Shown here piece after piece: positions 38,962 to 51,895 of a DNA stretch of 64,000 nucleotides. The stretch's first letter is position 1; the number at the start of each line of letters is the position of its first letter. The stretch is from Eledone cirrhosa. Its lineage: Eukaryota. The stretch lies in the NCBI GenBank assembly GCA_964016885.1, contig OZ024740.1, positions 399,094,001-399,158,000 of the forward strand. Reading direction: 5' to 3'. Under the pieces are notes generated by a model, which was not told the origin of the DNA, searched no databases, and saw nothing but the letters and a program-made list of their open reading frames with translations. Both the position numbers and the translations under genes were made by a program.

Positions 38962-39116
38962 GATATTTTCGTTCATATACGAACGGTTTGTTTACCTCCT
39001 GTCTGGCCACCTTAAGAAACTTTGTTACGCTTAAATAGTGATGGGACAGAGGCATCATTCTTGTAAAATGATGTCCAGATAATGGTCATGGGGCGGAAAA
39101 CCTATCTTGTATTGTC

Positions 39117-39307
39117 TAGTAGTAGCAGTAGTAGTAGTAATAGTAGTAGTAGCAGAGCAGCAGTAGTAATAGTAGTAGTAGCAGCAGCAGTAGTAGTAAT
39201 AGTAGCAGAGCAGCAGTAGTAATAGTAGTAGTAGCAGCAGCAGTAGTAGTAATAGTAGTAGTAGTAGCAGCAGCAGCAGTAGCAGTAATAGAAATAGTAG
39301 TAGTAGT

Positions 39308-39377
<70 letters not shown>

Positions 39378-39425
39378 ATAGTAGTATCAGCAGCAGCAAC
39401 AGCAGTAGTAGTAGTTGTTGTAGTT
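39117..39425. repeat. (AGT/AGC)n trinucleotide repeat
   Basis: Seen directly; source of the poly-L and poly-T ORFs. Confidence 0.95.
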
Positions 39426-39620
39426 AGTGTTTCTAAGTAATCAATTTGAAGGAGTGGGAGGACAACCAAAATAGAAGAAGGATGAAAAGAAAAGAACACT
39501 CCCTGAAACATAAGTATTACATGTGTAAAGTTTGAAAACGGTCGGTTGGGTGCTTCTTTAGTTTTAGGGATTCAAACTCACACACCCACAGACAGACATC
39601 CTCAGTTTTATATATATAGA

Positions 39621-40435
39621 CTAGCAGAAAACCACCTGGTGGGCGGCTTTCTGCTAGCAAATCTAGTGTATATACTGATATTGTTGAGATTTGGATGAGA
39701 AATGTTTTCGGCACCACATGTTCACCGTCTCTCGGTGTGTCTTTTATGCATGTATAAATATATATGTTATCTATACGGTGAAATCTTTGAAATAAATATA
39801 TGGTAAAACGAAAAAGGAGAAAATAAATAACTGGCGGTTAGAAAAAAATATTCCTATGAAATTTTAATCATACCATTAGGTGTGAATAAGGAAATATTTT
39901 TTTATTGTCAAAACAAATGTTCAAAAGTTAAACTTCAATTTTTAGAATTATTTCCAATTTTTTCATGAAATTGAACACTGGACATTGGCTGCTGGAAATG
40001 GAAATTAAATCGTATTTAAATTTCTAACCTTATTTTATTATTTATATTTTTTCAATAAGAAATAAGAAAAAACAACAAAAAAAAATCGAAGAAAAAAATT
40101 GAACAAATCAAACGTAGGTTATGGAACTGCGCAATCTGATTAATAAATTACCTCATCAGCAGCAACCTTCTTCAAATGGTCCTTATTATCAGCAGCAACA
40201 ACCACACATTCAATGGCAACCTTCTTCGCATGGTGTCAAGTCGAACTGGTTACTTTTGGCTTGTGCAAGGTGTCTCTATAGCAACCAGCGATTCCCTCGG
40301 CCTCAGTGACCAAAGTCAGTGGAGAGGGGAAGATAATGTTTCTATAGCGACAGTGTTTCTCTTGGTAGTACCAAAGTGGAGAAAGGAAGGGGAAGGTAAT
40401 ATTTCTGTAGCACCTACATTTGAGTTTTAGGGAAG

Positions 40436-40469
<34 letters not shown>

Positions 40470-40487
40470 GAAATGCCCATATATTTC

Positions 40488-40490
<3 letters not shown>
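39621..40490 (-). mobile_element. Non-autonomous Helitron, joined to another Helitron 5' end at 39620
   Basis: CTAGCAGAAAACCACC...GGGCGGCTTTCTGCTAG 3' hairpin/CTAG like that at 62277. Interior 40150-40360 is homologous to 43470-43720. Confidence 0.6.
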
Positions 40491-40546
<56 letters not shown>

Positions 40547-40596
40547 CACACACAGAAATGTATATATATTTCTGTGTGTGTGTGTATATATATATA

Positions 40597-42223
40597 TCAT
40601 CATCATCATCATCATCATCAACGTTTAACGTCCGTGTTCCACGCTTGCATGGGTTTGGACGGGGGTAGTCCCACTTGAGGCAAGAATGATTGTCTTGCTC
40701 GCATAGGACTGTCTGGCAGGTTTTCTACAGTTGGATGCCCTTCCTAACACCAACCACATTTACAGTGTGGGTCTGGGAGGTTTTTACCGTGTTGCCTACA
40801 CGGCCACATTACAGCGTGGACTGTGTGTTTTTTGTCGTGACACCTACACAATCTCATTTGTTTCGGCCTGGAAGGCGCGGCACCAACATAACTTTACATA
40901 GAACGGGGTGGTGTGGATGGGGTGGGGGTGGTGGGGGTGGGACGGGGTGTATTTTGTTAGAGATGCCTACTGGCTGGAGTAGGTTTTACTATATATTTAG
41001 GTAAGGCGGGTCTTCTCTGTTACTGAGTACCGCCAAAGGTCTCGGTCCAGTGACATTGTCTTGGAGAGGTGTAAGTGTGTGATGTCGGAGTTTATCAGCT
41101 CGTCCCAGGTTTTTCTAGGTCTGCCTATTCCGTGACTACCGTCTATCTTTATTGCCCTGCACTTTGTTATACAGCTATCGACTTTCATGCGCATCACATG
41201 TCCATACCAACGTAGCCTTCTCTCGAGTAAACAACATCTGATCCCTCTTATCTCTAATTTTTTCCTTAGTTCGTTTATGCTTTGCCGTTCACGTATATTA
41301 CTGTTACACATCCAGCGGAGCATGCAAGCTTCGTTCCTCTCTAGTCTGCGTATATCCTCTGCACACAATGCCCAGGTCTCACTGCCATGCAGCATTGCTG
41401 TTCGTATGCAGGCATCGTACAACCTGCCTTTCATTTTTAGGGAGAACCCTTTAGCAGCTAATAGTGGTATAAGCTCTCTGAACTTTTTCCAACCAGTTCT
41501 GACTCTAGCTACAGTACTTTCAGAGCACCCTACCCCACTGCTGATTTTATCGCCCAGGTAACGGAAGCTGTCCACTATTTCTATAGAACCCTCTGCGCAA
41601 TTGAAAGAGCTAGTATTTTGTGGGCACTTGCTGCTACTTATTGCACCAGAACACCGGCCACATGTAAAATCTATGTTCTTAGTTAGCTTACCTGTGATCC
41701 CACTACATCTTTTATGCACCCATACTTTGCATTTAGGACATAGAATGGAGTTTCTACCTACACCTTTCCTACACACCGAGCACGACCATTTCCCAGAAGG
41801 GATCGCCGCCTTGTTTTCTTTCCTACAAACTAGAACTTTGGTCTTAGCCAGGTTAATTTTAAGTCCTTTTGACTCTAGGCCGTGCTTCCATGTTTGGAAT
41901 TTCTTCTCTAGCTCGGCCATTGATTCCGCTATGAGTGTCAGGTCGTCTGCGTATAGGAGTTCCCATGGGCAGCCTGTCTTGAACTCCTCTGTTATAGCCT
42001 GAAGGGCAATAATAAATAGTAGGGGGCTGAGAACAGAGCCCTGATGGACGCCAACTTTTACGCTAAACTCTTCACTATATTCGTTGTTAATTCTAACCTT
42101 GCTGACTGTTTCTTTATACATGGCTTGTATAGCCCTCACAAGCCATTCGTCAACGCCTAGTTTTCTAAGAGCCCACCAGATAATGGAGCGGGGGACTCTG
42201 TCGAAGGCTTTCTCCAAGTCGAC
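40597..42223 (-). mobile_element. RTE-clade LINE, 5'-truncated, open RT-to-stop frame
   Basis: VDLEKAFDRVPR, GVHQGSVLSPLLF, YADD, PHD-like Cys cluster, RLRWYGHV, stop at 40997, full 3' UTR and (TGA)n tail. Confidence 0.95.
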
Positions 42224-42878
42224 ATATATATATATATATATATATATATTACACACACAGAAATGTATATATATTTCTGTGTGTGTATATATATGTATAT
42301 TACACACACAGAAATGTATATATATTTCTGTGTGTATATATATATATATTACACACACAGAAATGTATATATATTTCTGTGTGTGTATATATATATATAT
42401 TACACACACAGAAATGTATATATATTTCTGTGTGTATATATATATATATTACACACACAGAAATGTATATATATTTCTGTGTGTGTATATATATATATAT
42501 TACACACACAGAAATGTATATATATTTCTGTGTGTATATATATATATATTACACACACAGAAATGTATATATATTTCTGTGTGTATATATATATATATTA
42601 CACACACAGAAATGTATATATATTTCTGTGTGTGTATATATATATATATTACACACACAGAAATGTATATATATTTCTGTGTGTGTATATATATATATTA
42701 CACACACAGAAATGTATATATATTTCTGTGTGTGTATATATATATATATTACACACACAGAAATGTATATATATTTCTGTGTGTGTATATATATGTATAT
42801 TACACACACAGAAATGTATATATATTTCTGTGTGTATATATATATATATTACACACACAGAAATGTATATATATTTCT
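42224..42878. repeat. Tandem array of a ~50-bp palindromic unit (~13 copies)
   Basis: Unit TTACACACACAGAAATGTATATATATTTCTGTGTGTG(TA)n. The same unit occurs at ~40480-40596, across the RTE insertion. Confidence 0.95.
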
Positions 42879-42999
42879 TAGAACAAAATTATTATTAATG
42901 TTTTGCTGTTCATAACAATTGGAATTGAAAAATTACTTTTGAAATTATTAGTTATTTTACTAATGCTTAGATATGTAAAAATGAAGCAATGTTTCTAAT

Positions 43000-43190
43000 A
43001 ATTGTTTCTACTTTTGGCACAAGGCCAGCAATTACCCAGTACATTACTGGTACTTTATTTTATCGACCCCGTGAGGATGAAAGGCAAAGTTAACCTCGGC
43101 GGTATTTGAACTTAGACCGTAAAGGGACGTAACTCCATGCTATGAAGCATGGTGTCCGACTCTCTACAGATTCTGCCAATCCACCGCCCT
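43000..43190 (-). mobile_element. tRNA-derived SINE
   Basis: Same family. Further diverged copies at ~31640-31820, 43965-44130, 44510-44710, 44905-45125, 46382-46492, 47270-47400 and 61009-61131. Confidence 0.82.
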
Positions 43191-44744
43191 AATGTCTGTA
43201 CGTAATGAGGGAGTGAGAGGGGAGAGAAAGAAAGGCAGAGGTGAAGTGACAAAGTGACTCTCTCCTCCTCCATCTCCCCATTCGTCACAGCGATAGAGGG
43301 GAGGAATGTTAGTGTGTTACAAAGAGAAAGAGTGAGAGTGAGAGAAACAGACAGACTAAAAGAGAGGGATAGCTGGAGAGAGAGAGATATAGCAACCACG
43401 CGTGCACGTGTTTCCACTGTTGGACAGACAGACAGAGAAATTGCTGGTTATATATTATAAGGAGATTCAATGGCAACCTTCTTCAAATGGTCCTTATTAT
43501 CAGCAGCAACAACCACAAATTCAATGGCAACCTTCTTCAAACCACAAATTCAATAGAAACCTTCTTCAAATGGTCCTTGCATGGTGTCAAGTCAGAACCG
43601 CCTCGAACTGGTTACTTCTGGCTTGTGCAAGGTGTTTCTATAGCAACCAGCAATTCCCTCGGCCTCAGTGACCAAAGTCAGTGGAGAGGGGAAGGTAATG
43701 TTTCTATAACGACAGTGTTTCTCTTAGCGTCTATTCACTCTCTCTCTCTCCCTCTCACCCTCCCGCTATCCCCCTCTCGTAGTCTTTCTCTTTCTTTCAC
43801 TCTCACTCTCTCTCTACGCACGTGTTTCCACTGTCGGACAGACAGACAGAGAAATTGCTGGTTATATATATAAGTAGATTATACTATATAAGTGAAGTGC
43901 TGTGTTTGAAATATTTCAAGATATTATTTTATACTCCAGGATACTCAAAGTTTATGGTCCATGGGTGGTGGATTGGCAGAATTGGTAGAGCATTGAATAA
44001 AATGTCATTACAGTATTTGTTCCGGGTTTCTATGTGCTCAGTTCAAATGCCAACAACGTCAATTTTGTTTTTCATCCTTCCGGGGTCGATAAAATAAAAT
44101 ACCAGTTAATTACTGGGATTGATTTAATCAAATTTGCTGAACAGTTTGAACATTTCCCTAGTCCGTCCATCTGACACCAACCGGAAATAGAGACATTACC
44201 AGCTTGTTTCTGCTAATAATTTCATTAAAATGTGTATACAAATGTGATTTAACGCTAATTTGGAAAACTATTAAGGTGGGAAACGAACATTTGTAGATAT
44301 GCACAAAACAAGGACAGATTTACATATTTTATTGATTAAATCATACAAAAAATATCTTGGCTCGATGATAATAATAATCTTGAGGAAATAAACCCGAGAG
44401 AAATAAAACAAAAGAAAATAAGAAATACTCCAGTTTCTAATGAAAATATATTCATTGTGAGAAACAGTTTATTTGAATATCTGGAGTTCTGTTATTATGA
44501 TACTTAGTAGGGTGGTGGATTGGTGCATCAGAGGAAATGCATTATAGTTCTTTGTTTGGGCCCTTAACATTCTGAGTTTAAATCCCGCCAAGGTCAACTT
44601 TGCTTTTCATTCTTTAGATGTCAATAAAATAAGGTATAAGTTAAGTACTGGGATTGATGTAATTGAATTTCACTCATACATCAAATTGGTGGCCTTGTAC
44701 CATTGTGAGAAATAAACATTATCTGATACTTAGTAGAGTGGTGG

Positions 44745-44903
44745 CAGACCTGTCAACACTCCCCAACAAGGAGATCTCCCACCCACTTTGGGGTAAGTGA
44801 GAGATGACTTCTCCTGTGAAAATCAGTATAGCTTTCATTATGTAAAATCTCCCCATTTCACCTCAGTACTTCTCGTTTGGGTTTTTAGAGGTTGGCAGGT
44901 CTG
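44745..44903. mobile_element. MITE (CAGACCTGTCAAC TIR) inserted in a SINE head
   Basis: TIRs CAGACCTGTCAAC / GTTGGCAGGTCTG; flanks TGGTGG/TAGTGG. Second copy at ~48156-48557. Confidence 0.7.
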
Positions 44904-45619
44904 TAGTGGATTGGCAGAATTATTAGTACGTCGGATGAAATGCATTGTAGTATTGTGTTACTGTTACTGTCATCTACATTCTGAATTCAAATCCTGCTGA
45001 GATTAGCTTTACCTTTCATCTTTACGGGATCAATAAAATAATGTACCAGTAACACACTGGGATTGATTTAATCAACTTTCTCATGTGCCAAAATTATTAG
45101 CCTTGTGCCTAAATCAGAAACAATTATTATCTTACACTTAAACTTCTTTAGTAGGATGATATTAATTGTGAGTACTAGGCTGACACCTTTCTGTCTCCCA
45201 GAAATATAATTTATTTTGGTGTGCATTGAAAATAGAATAATTCAAAGAGATGGCCAGCGTTAATAGATAAAGTTGAGCATGCTTGATTTTGATCCAAAGA
45301 TGAAGAAGCTATTTCACTTAACTAATGTTGTTAACTGTCCAAAGAAAACGTCTTAATGTTCTATTTCTCTCCATAAAAATATAAGGTCTTAGTGATCAGA
45401 AAAAAAGAATCTAATAATTTAACTGAAACATTCCTGTTTAGTAGCTGAGTCTGACAAAATTTAGACAAGAAATCAGCATAGCTGATGTTTTATGATTCCT
45501 GAATTCTGAACAACAGCACTACTGCCTCCTCCTCTTCGTTTGAGCAAAACTTTTAACTCTCACTTTGATCATTCTGATTGATTTTCTAGGTGCCACTTAC
45601 TTTCTGTAAGCGCAAAGAT

Positions 45620-45920
45620 CTCGGGGGAGGGGGGTATTAGATTGATGCCCTTCCTGTGGCCAACATTGGTAAACTTCTCAGTTTGGACGAGCTCCTCGTC
45701 CCCATTGCACTCCGAGTGGGAGCTGATGTCTATGGCAGTCCGAAATATCGCTGTGGTAGGCTCCTCGTCTCCATTGCACTCTGAGTGGGGGTGTCTATGG
45801 CAGTCCGAAATATCGCTGTGGTAGGCTCCTCGTCTCCATTGCACTCCACAGGTCTCCTTGGTTTCTCTTGCCACCTGAACGCTGGTCGCTTCACTTGCCA
45901 CACCGTGGTAAACCTGATCA
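45620..45920 (+). mobile_element. CRE-like non-LTR fragment with internal ~65-bp tandem repeats
   Basis: DALPVANIGKLLSLDELLVPIALRVG...GLLGFSCHLNAGRF..H.VVN. GCTCCTCGTCYCCATTGCACTC occurs three times. Homologous to 50800-50990. Confidence 0.7.
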
Positions 45921-47380
45921 CCCATTCCTACATTAGCAGAAAACCGCTCAGTGTGTGTGTGTGTGTGTGGCGGGGGGGTGGTGGTGGTGTATATATGTAT
46001 ATATATATTAATTCGAGTATGTGTTGGTTAATCCCCGACACTTCAATATGCAGGGTAGAGCACTCGACGAAGAGCGCATGTGGGTCTGTTTACTCCGGAC
46101 TATGTTCATAAACAAGAAGTGTAAGTCAACAGGTTAAAATTATTAACTTTGTTTATTCATAGTCGCGACCTTGAGAGGGATGGGCTCCCCCAGTTCTAAA
46201 TGCCCAAGACGTGCCATATATAATGACAGCACCACTACAACTCAACCAGGAGTCCATGCCTACATGTGACTGGTACTTATTTTATTGATCCTTGTGGGAC
46301 GTGGATGTAAAGAGATGCAACTAAATACCACAAGACATAATAAAACATGGCTTAGCTAACTCGGAAATCAACCTAAGCAATAATTGTTTCTACTTTAGGC
46401 ACAAGGCCAGCAATTAACCAGTGCATTACTGGTACTTTATTTTATCGACGCCGTAAGGATGAAAGTCAAAGTCAACCTCGGCGGGATTTGAAATAATGAA
46501 GCAATTTAAGAATCTTAAATAATCGAAGTAGTGCTTTATTTGAAGTTATCTGAAAAACAAGTACAATCCACATAATCTGCATGGGACTTCATATTACATT
46601 AAAATATGTTGTAAACACAACTTCTTTGATTTCCTATTCTTGATGGTATGAAGGTCAATATATAGACTAACAAATGGCCTGGAGTGGTGGCATTACATCA
46701 TTGTAGCCTTTTAATATACATTCAGATTTTTCTCAGTGACACATCAAATTTTATCTTGTGATGACACAGTTGTGAACTAATTTTTTTATGTTTGTTTACT
46801 TGAGAAATTCATAATCATCTGTCACTTGACATATTCTTTGCTATAAAGATTTGTCAACAAAGAAATATTTAAGCCTATGTTGATTACTTTGTAAAATGAC
46901 TACCTCCAAAGTGTTGTTAACCCATTAGTAAGACTTGATGAAAAGATTAATCGTGTTTGACAACTTTTATTGCAAATTTAGTCATCAGCAATAGAGAATC
47001 TACCTAAGTTTGTTTTACATACAACGCCAAAACAGACTCGGTTATGCAGGACAGTCTCAAGAATTGAGAAACTAGTTATATTTTACATTGGTATATGGCA
47101 TGAGATGGTCCTGTAATTTCTGATAAAGTCGTAGGGGCATCGTATTGACATACAGCATTTCATGGGCATTTTTAAACCTGGTGAAGCCCATCTCTCTCCA
47201 GAGTACAGCAGATTGCTTCCACAGAATGATAGAATGTGAAAAGAAAGAGATATAGAGGAAGAATTGACCCCAGTACTAGATTGGTACTTTTTTTTATCAA
47301 CCTCCAAAGGATGAAAGGCAATGTTGATCTTGGCGAGATTTGAACTGAGAGAGCAGAGAGCCGGAACAAATACCATAAAG

Positions 47381-47542
47381 CATTCTATCTGACATTCTAA
47401 TGACTCTGCCATTCTATCTGACATTCTAACGACTCTGCCATTCTATCTGACATTCTAACGACTCTGCCATTCTATCTGACGTTCTAACGACTCTGCCATT
47501 CTATCTGACGTTCTAACGACTCTGCCATTCTATCTGACGTTC
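47381..47542. repeat. 29-bp tandem repeat (~5.5 copies) derived from a SINE head
   Basis: CATTCTATCTGAC(A/G)TTCTAACGACTCTGC repeated. Confidence 0.9.
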
Positions 47543-48272
47543 TGCTAATTCACCGCACACAATGGCATATACCTGATGGAAAATAAAAATATAAGAATTA
47601 TAAGATATGAAATGAAGTAAAAACAAATGTTTCAGTTGGTAGATCTAATAAGAGAAGAGATAAGTTAAAATTTTCCCAGAGAGATGTGCATGCAACTACA
47701 AGGAAACAAATGGGTAGTTTACAGAAAATAGTGATGAGAATGTCAAAATAAAAAGTATAGTAGTAGACATTTCCATGTTAAAATAAATAAATGAAACTTA
47801 GAAAAGGAAGTAAGAAATGAAGGGGCAAAGGGAATAATAGAGAGGTTATAAAGGACATAAAGAAAACAGAAGAGAACTAAATAAGGATGTAATGCTTTTG
47901 TCTTTTGTTTAATCACACTAATATTTTCTCAACTATCACCTGACCACCTACCCAAGCACCACTACAGTACTCCGACTAAATGAAGTTGTTATTACAGTGT
48001 TCAAACGAGTTCTATCCCCAAACCAATGTGGGTAGCCATAGAAACTGAGAAGGGGCTATAAATGTGCCAACTTTTTTGTATGTTATGTCGAAAATTAGAT
48101 TATCGCCAAACTAATTAAGTCTAATCTCTGACACATCCATATCTCTTCATTACACCAGACCTGTCAACTCTCCCTGTCGGACTGGGAGATCTCCCACCCA
48201 CTTTGGGGTGGGTGAGAGATGTCTTCTCTTATGAAAATGGATACAGCTTTCATTATGTAAAATCGCCCCAAA

Positions 48273-48461
48273 GGGCGGTGGATTGGCAGTATCGGTAGAG
48301 GGTCGAACGCCATGCTTTGCAGCATAGTTACGTCCCTTTATGATCTGAGTTCAAATCCCGCCGAGGTTAACTTTGCCTTTCATCCTTCCGGGGTCGATAA
48401 AATAAAGTACCAGTAATGCACTGGGATAATCGCTGGCCTTGTGCCTAAAGTAGAAATAATT
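48273..48461 (+). mobile_element. tRNA-derived SINE nested in a MITE, 19-bp TSD
   Basis: TSD ATTATGTAAAATCGCCCCA at 48252-48270 and 48459-48477. Confidence 0.9.
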
Positions 48462-49479
48462 ATGTAAAATCGCCCCATTTTGCCTCATTTCTTTTTGTTT
48501 TGGGCCACTTTATTTCATGGTACTCCCTATTTGGGTTTTTAGAGGTTAGCAGGCTTGATTACAAGATTGTCTCTATTAACAACAACCCCCTAAATACTTT
48601 TGCCGAATGACTTACGGCACACACTCTTACCAGTCTTATCGTTCATGAAAAGTACCATCTAATTTCACAATATATTCATCACCATAAATTATGCTACTAA
48701 TACATTTTCTTCTCTTACATTTCAAGGGAAACTAGATGCAACTTCTTATCCAAATGTGGTTATCCCTAACCTTATCCATCATATAAGTCTCCACTGTGCT
48801 AAGCCATTTTCCAGATTTTATCAATACTTTTGTCGCTCTCCAGAACTGAGCTTATTTTCTCTATATCAAGAGCAACAAATACTTGTGTGACCTAATTCCG
48901 TGAGGCTTCTTAACCAGATCACAAATTCATGTGAACAGTGCATCATTTTGGTTGATATATTTTATTTTTTATGATCAGAGTAAATCACTTACCCAAGGAT
49001 TCATCATCATCATCATCATCATCATAATGAACACTTACTTACTTGCACACCCACATTCTCTGGTCACACTGTATAAGACACACCAATTTTCTTTTGCCTA
49101 CATTCTACACCACAGTGACCACACAACTGAGCAATTCACAAGTGAGTACACAACAACTGAATCAACATCACAACACCACACACCACCATTTCATTCCAGC
49201 ATCAATCACACTCCATTATAGGAATCGCTATATACCTATCTAATAACTTTCCACCATAAATTTTATGTAATAACATTTGGGAAGGTATACTTCAAACACT
49301 AGCTTAATAATTATTTCCAATTGAGACTCCCATCTGTTCCATACAAGCGTGGAAAACCGGACGTAAAAACGACGACAATGATGATGAGTGCTTTGAAGGT
49401 TTTTTAAGTGGGGAAAGGCCTTGCACTCGACCAATCCCACTCTCTGAGCATCGAAAACACTATCCGAAAAGGAGAACTA

Positions 49480-50780
49480 GTCAACATTATCGGATGCTTC
49501 CGAAGCCGCAGGTTCTTTTCAGTTTCCCTCTCCTAGAAAGGTATGACAACAACTGGGGGCCTTTCACTCCCAGGTGAAAAAAAAAAGTGCTATTTGGATG
49601 GCCGTTGACTTTGCTTAGTTCCTCCGCCCTTTGTCGGGTCTTGTATTTCATCCAAGCAGGCTTAGTGGGGTTGCCGGTTTAGTCGCCGACGACCCGACCA
49701 TGAGACAGGCTGTACTGGGTTACATGTTACAAGTAGCACCTGAGAGCGACATACATACATGATGGCTGCAAACTCTGCTAATAGTATTGCAGTCGCTTGT
49801 CAGATTCAGATGTGTGATGCTCGGATATGGCTTTTCAAGCCTGCTAGAGACTTGCACTCCTCACATTGACGACAACTATGGATCTCCCTGGTCTCAGGTT
49901 GCCTGTGAACCTTCACAACACCGTGGAGATCATAGTTCACTGGTACTCTTTGAACATGGCTGCGACAGTGGGTCTGAGAGCAGATTTTTCCACACTTAGG
50001 GCACTTCAATTCAATGGAGACACTGATCGTTTCGAGAGATACACCAGGACATTACTCTATTCGTCTGTCCTCAAAATTATGGACCCTATCATTCACCATC
50101 TCACGCCAAATTTCTCTTTTAAGAGCTTCTATCTCCCAGTCAGCCACCACCTTGAATCGGAGCCTTGGCTTGTGAGGTGGTCTCTTACCCTTACAAAGCT
50201 CGCCATACAAAAGTTGTTTTGGGATTTGATCATCCTCCATTCTGCAGAGGTGTCCGGTCCATCACAAACGCCGTTGGTGGATGATACTCTCAATGCTCTG
50301 ACACTCACTTCTCTCAAGGACCTCAACATCACTCACATGCATCTTTCTGAGACACTGCTGGTGAAATCGTTCCGGCCTTTGGATATGCCGTTTGTAGGTA
50401 ACACGTGTCTCACACGCATACAGCAAAGCTGACAGTACACATGCAGCATACGCTCTCACCGTGGTCTTCATTGTGATTCCTCGCTTGCACCAAAGACGGT
50501 CGCTGAGCCTTCCAAATGACTCACTTTCCTTACTAACACGTAGACCAACTTCTGCATCCAGAGAGGTTACACTCAGAGTACTCCCCAAACACACAAATCT
50601 GTCAGCAACCTTCAGCTTTTGACCGTATACATATATGGAGGGTTCATTGAAAACTTTATCCGGAGCAGGTTGGCACATGACGACAATCTTCTTCAGACTG
50701 ATTGTCAGTCTCAAAGCACTGCACGCATTAGAATAAGAATCCATAATGTGTTGCATATCACTCTGGGAGTGACATACATA
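49480..50780 (-). mobile_element. Degenerate RTE (BovB-like) LINE with C-terminal C2H2 fingers
   Basis: LTISLKK..VMCQP, FVCLGSTLS, LLYACET, FHQQCLRK, IPKQLLYGEL, CPKCGKIC, C..C...KSLAGLKSHIR. Confidence 0.85.
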
Positions 50781-50794
50781 CATACAAAGTGCAA

Positions 50795-51470
50795 CATTCT
50801 CGGGAGACTGGGTTGATGCCAAATTGGTGGTCTTCTCAGTCTGGACGAGCTCTGCATCTCCATTGCGCTCAGTGGGTGTCAGATATGTCGCTGTCGGAGG
50901 TCTCTCACCTTCACAGGCCTCCATGGTTTGTCTTGCCACCTGAATGATGGTCACTTTGCCGACCACACCGTGCTAAACCTAATTAAATGGGCCTTATCTT
51001 GGGTAACAACCCATCAGTTCTGGAGCTGGCTGGATTATCCAGAATTGATGGGAAGAGGCCAGATGGTTTTACCCTTTGTCCTTGGGTATGAGGCAGATGT
51101 CACAGTCAGTGACTCTTTTGCTCCCTCCCACATTCCGGATGTCACGGTAAATGTGAGGGTCACTGCTTTCGTAGCCGAACGGAATAAAATCCTAAAATAC
51201 GGGGAATTATTAAATAACTATTTTTTCCAGCCTCTGGTATTCGAGACGGTTGGTACAACTGAGCAGCTGACAGCGAGGTTCCTGTCATCATTAGTGGCTC
51301 GCCTTACCAAGACGTCAGGTGATGCACACGAGGGTGCCTGGTTGTTTCTGCTTTTTAGCATTGCCAACACCCGCGCTAATGCTGAGAGCGTGTTGCCTTG
51401 CCTTAAAAATGTCCATTGTGATGTGTGACCGATTACACAACACTTAGTGTTGAATTGATGTTTTTTTTCT
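50795..51470 (+). mobile_element. CRE-like non-LTR 3' fragment (REL endonuclease)
   Basis: GLHGLSCHLN..H.VLN, DVTVSDSFA, AERNK..KY, FQPLVFETVG, FSIANTRANA. Confidence 0.78.
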
Positions 51471-51895
51471 TTTCTCACTTTGTTTATATATTTTCGTATA
51501 TTATATTTATAAGGTCCCTAGCAATAATTAATTGTATTTTCCATACACTAATGCAACTAAAAAAATCCTAGAAAAAACAGAATGAAAGTGTTTTATACAC
51601 GAATAAATACACTAACTTAAGCACATCGTATGGCAAGTTTAGTACACCAAAATAGAGAAGTAAAATGGCAAGTGCATGAATTAGCATCGGACAAAAATTC
51701 AATCTGTTTATTTATTGTTTGTTGCCATTCAATTTGACTATAGATATTTATTTTATTTAAAGTACATTAGATCTCGGAATACTTTCAAGTATTGGCAGTA
51801 TAGTATGATATGATTAAAACATTTAGCGTGGAACCCCTGAGAACACGAGTTCTGTAGGATATACTCTTCCTTCTAAGCAAATCTAGCACTGACAG

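Noticed and set aside
39055-39511. Poly-Leu and poly-Thr ORFs
   Set aside because: Trinucleotide microsatellite.
42084-42915. Long ORFs (210-265 aa) and CRISPR-like periodicity
   Set aside because: Translation of a stop-poor satellite; no unique spacers and no cas genes, in a eukaryotic context.
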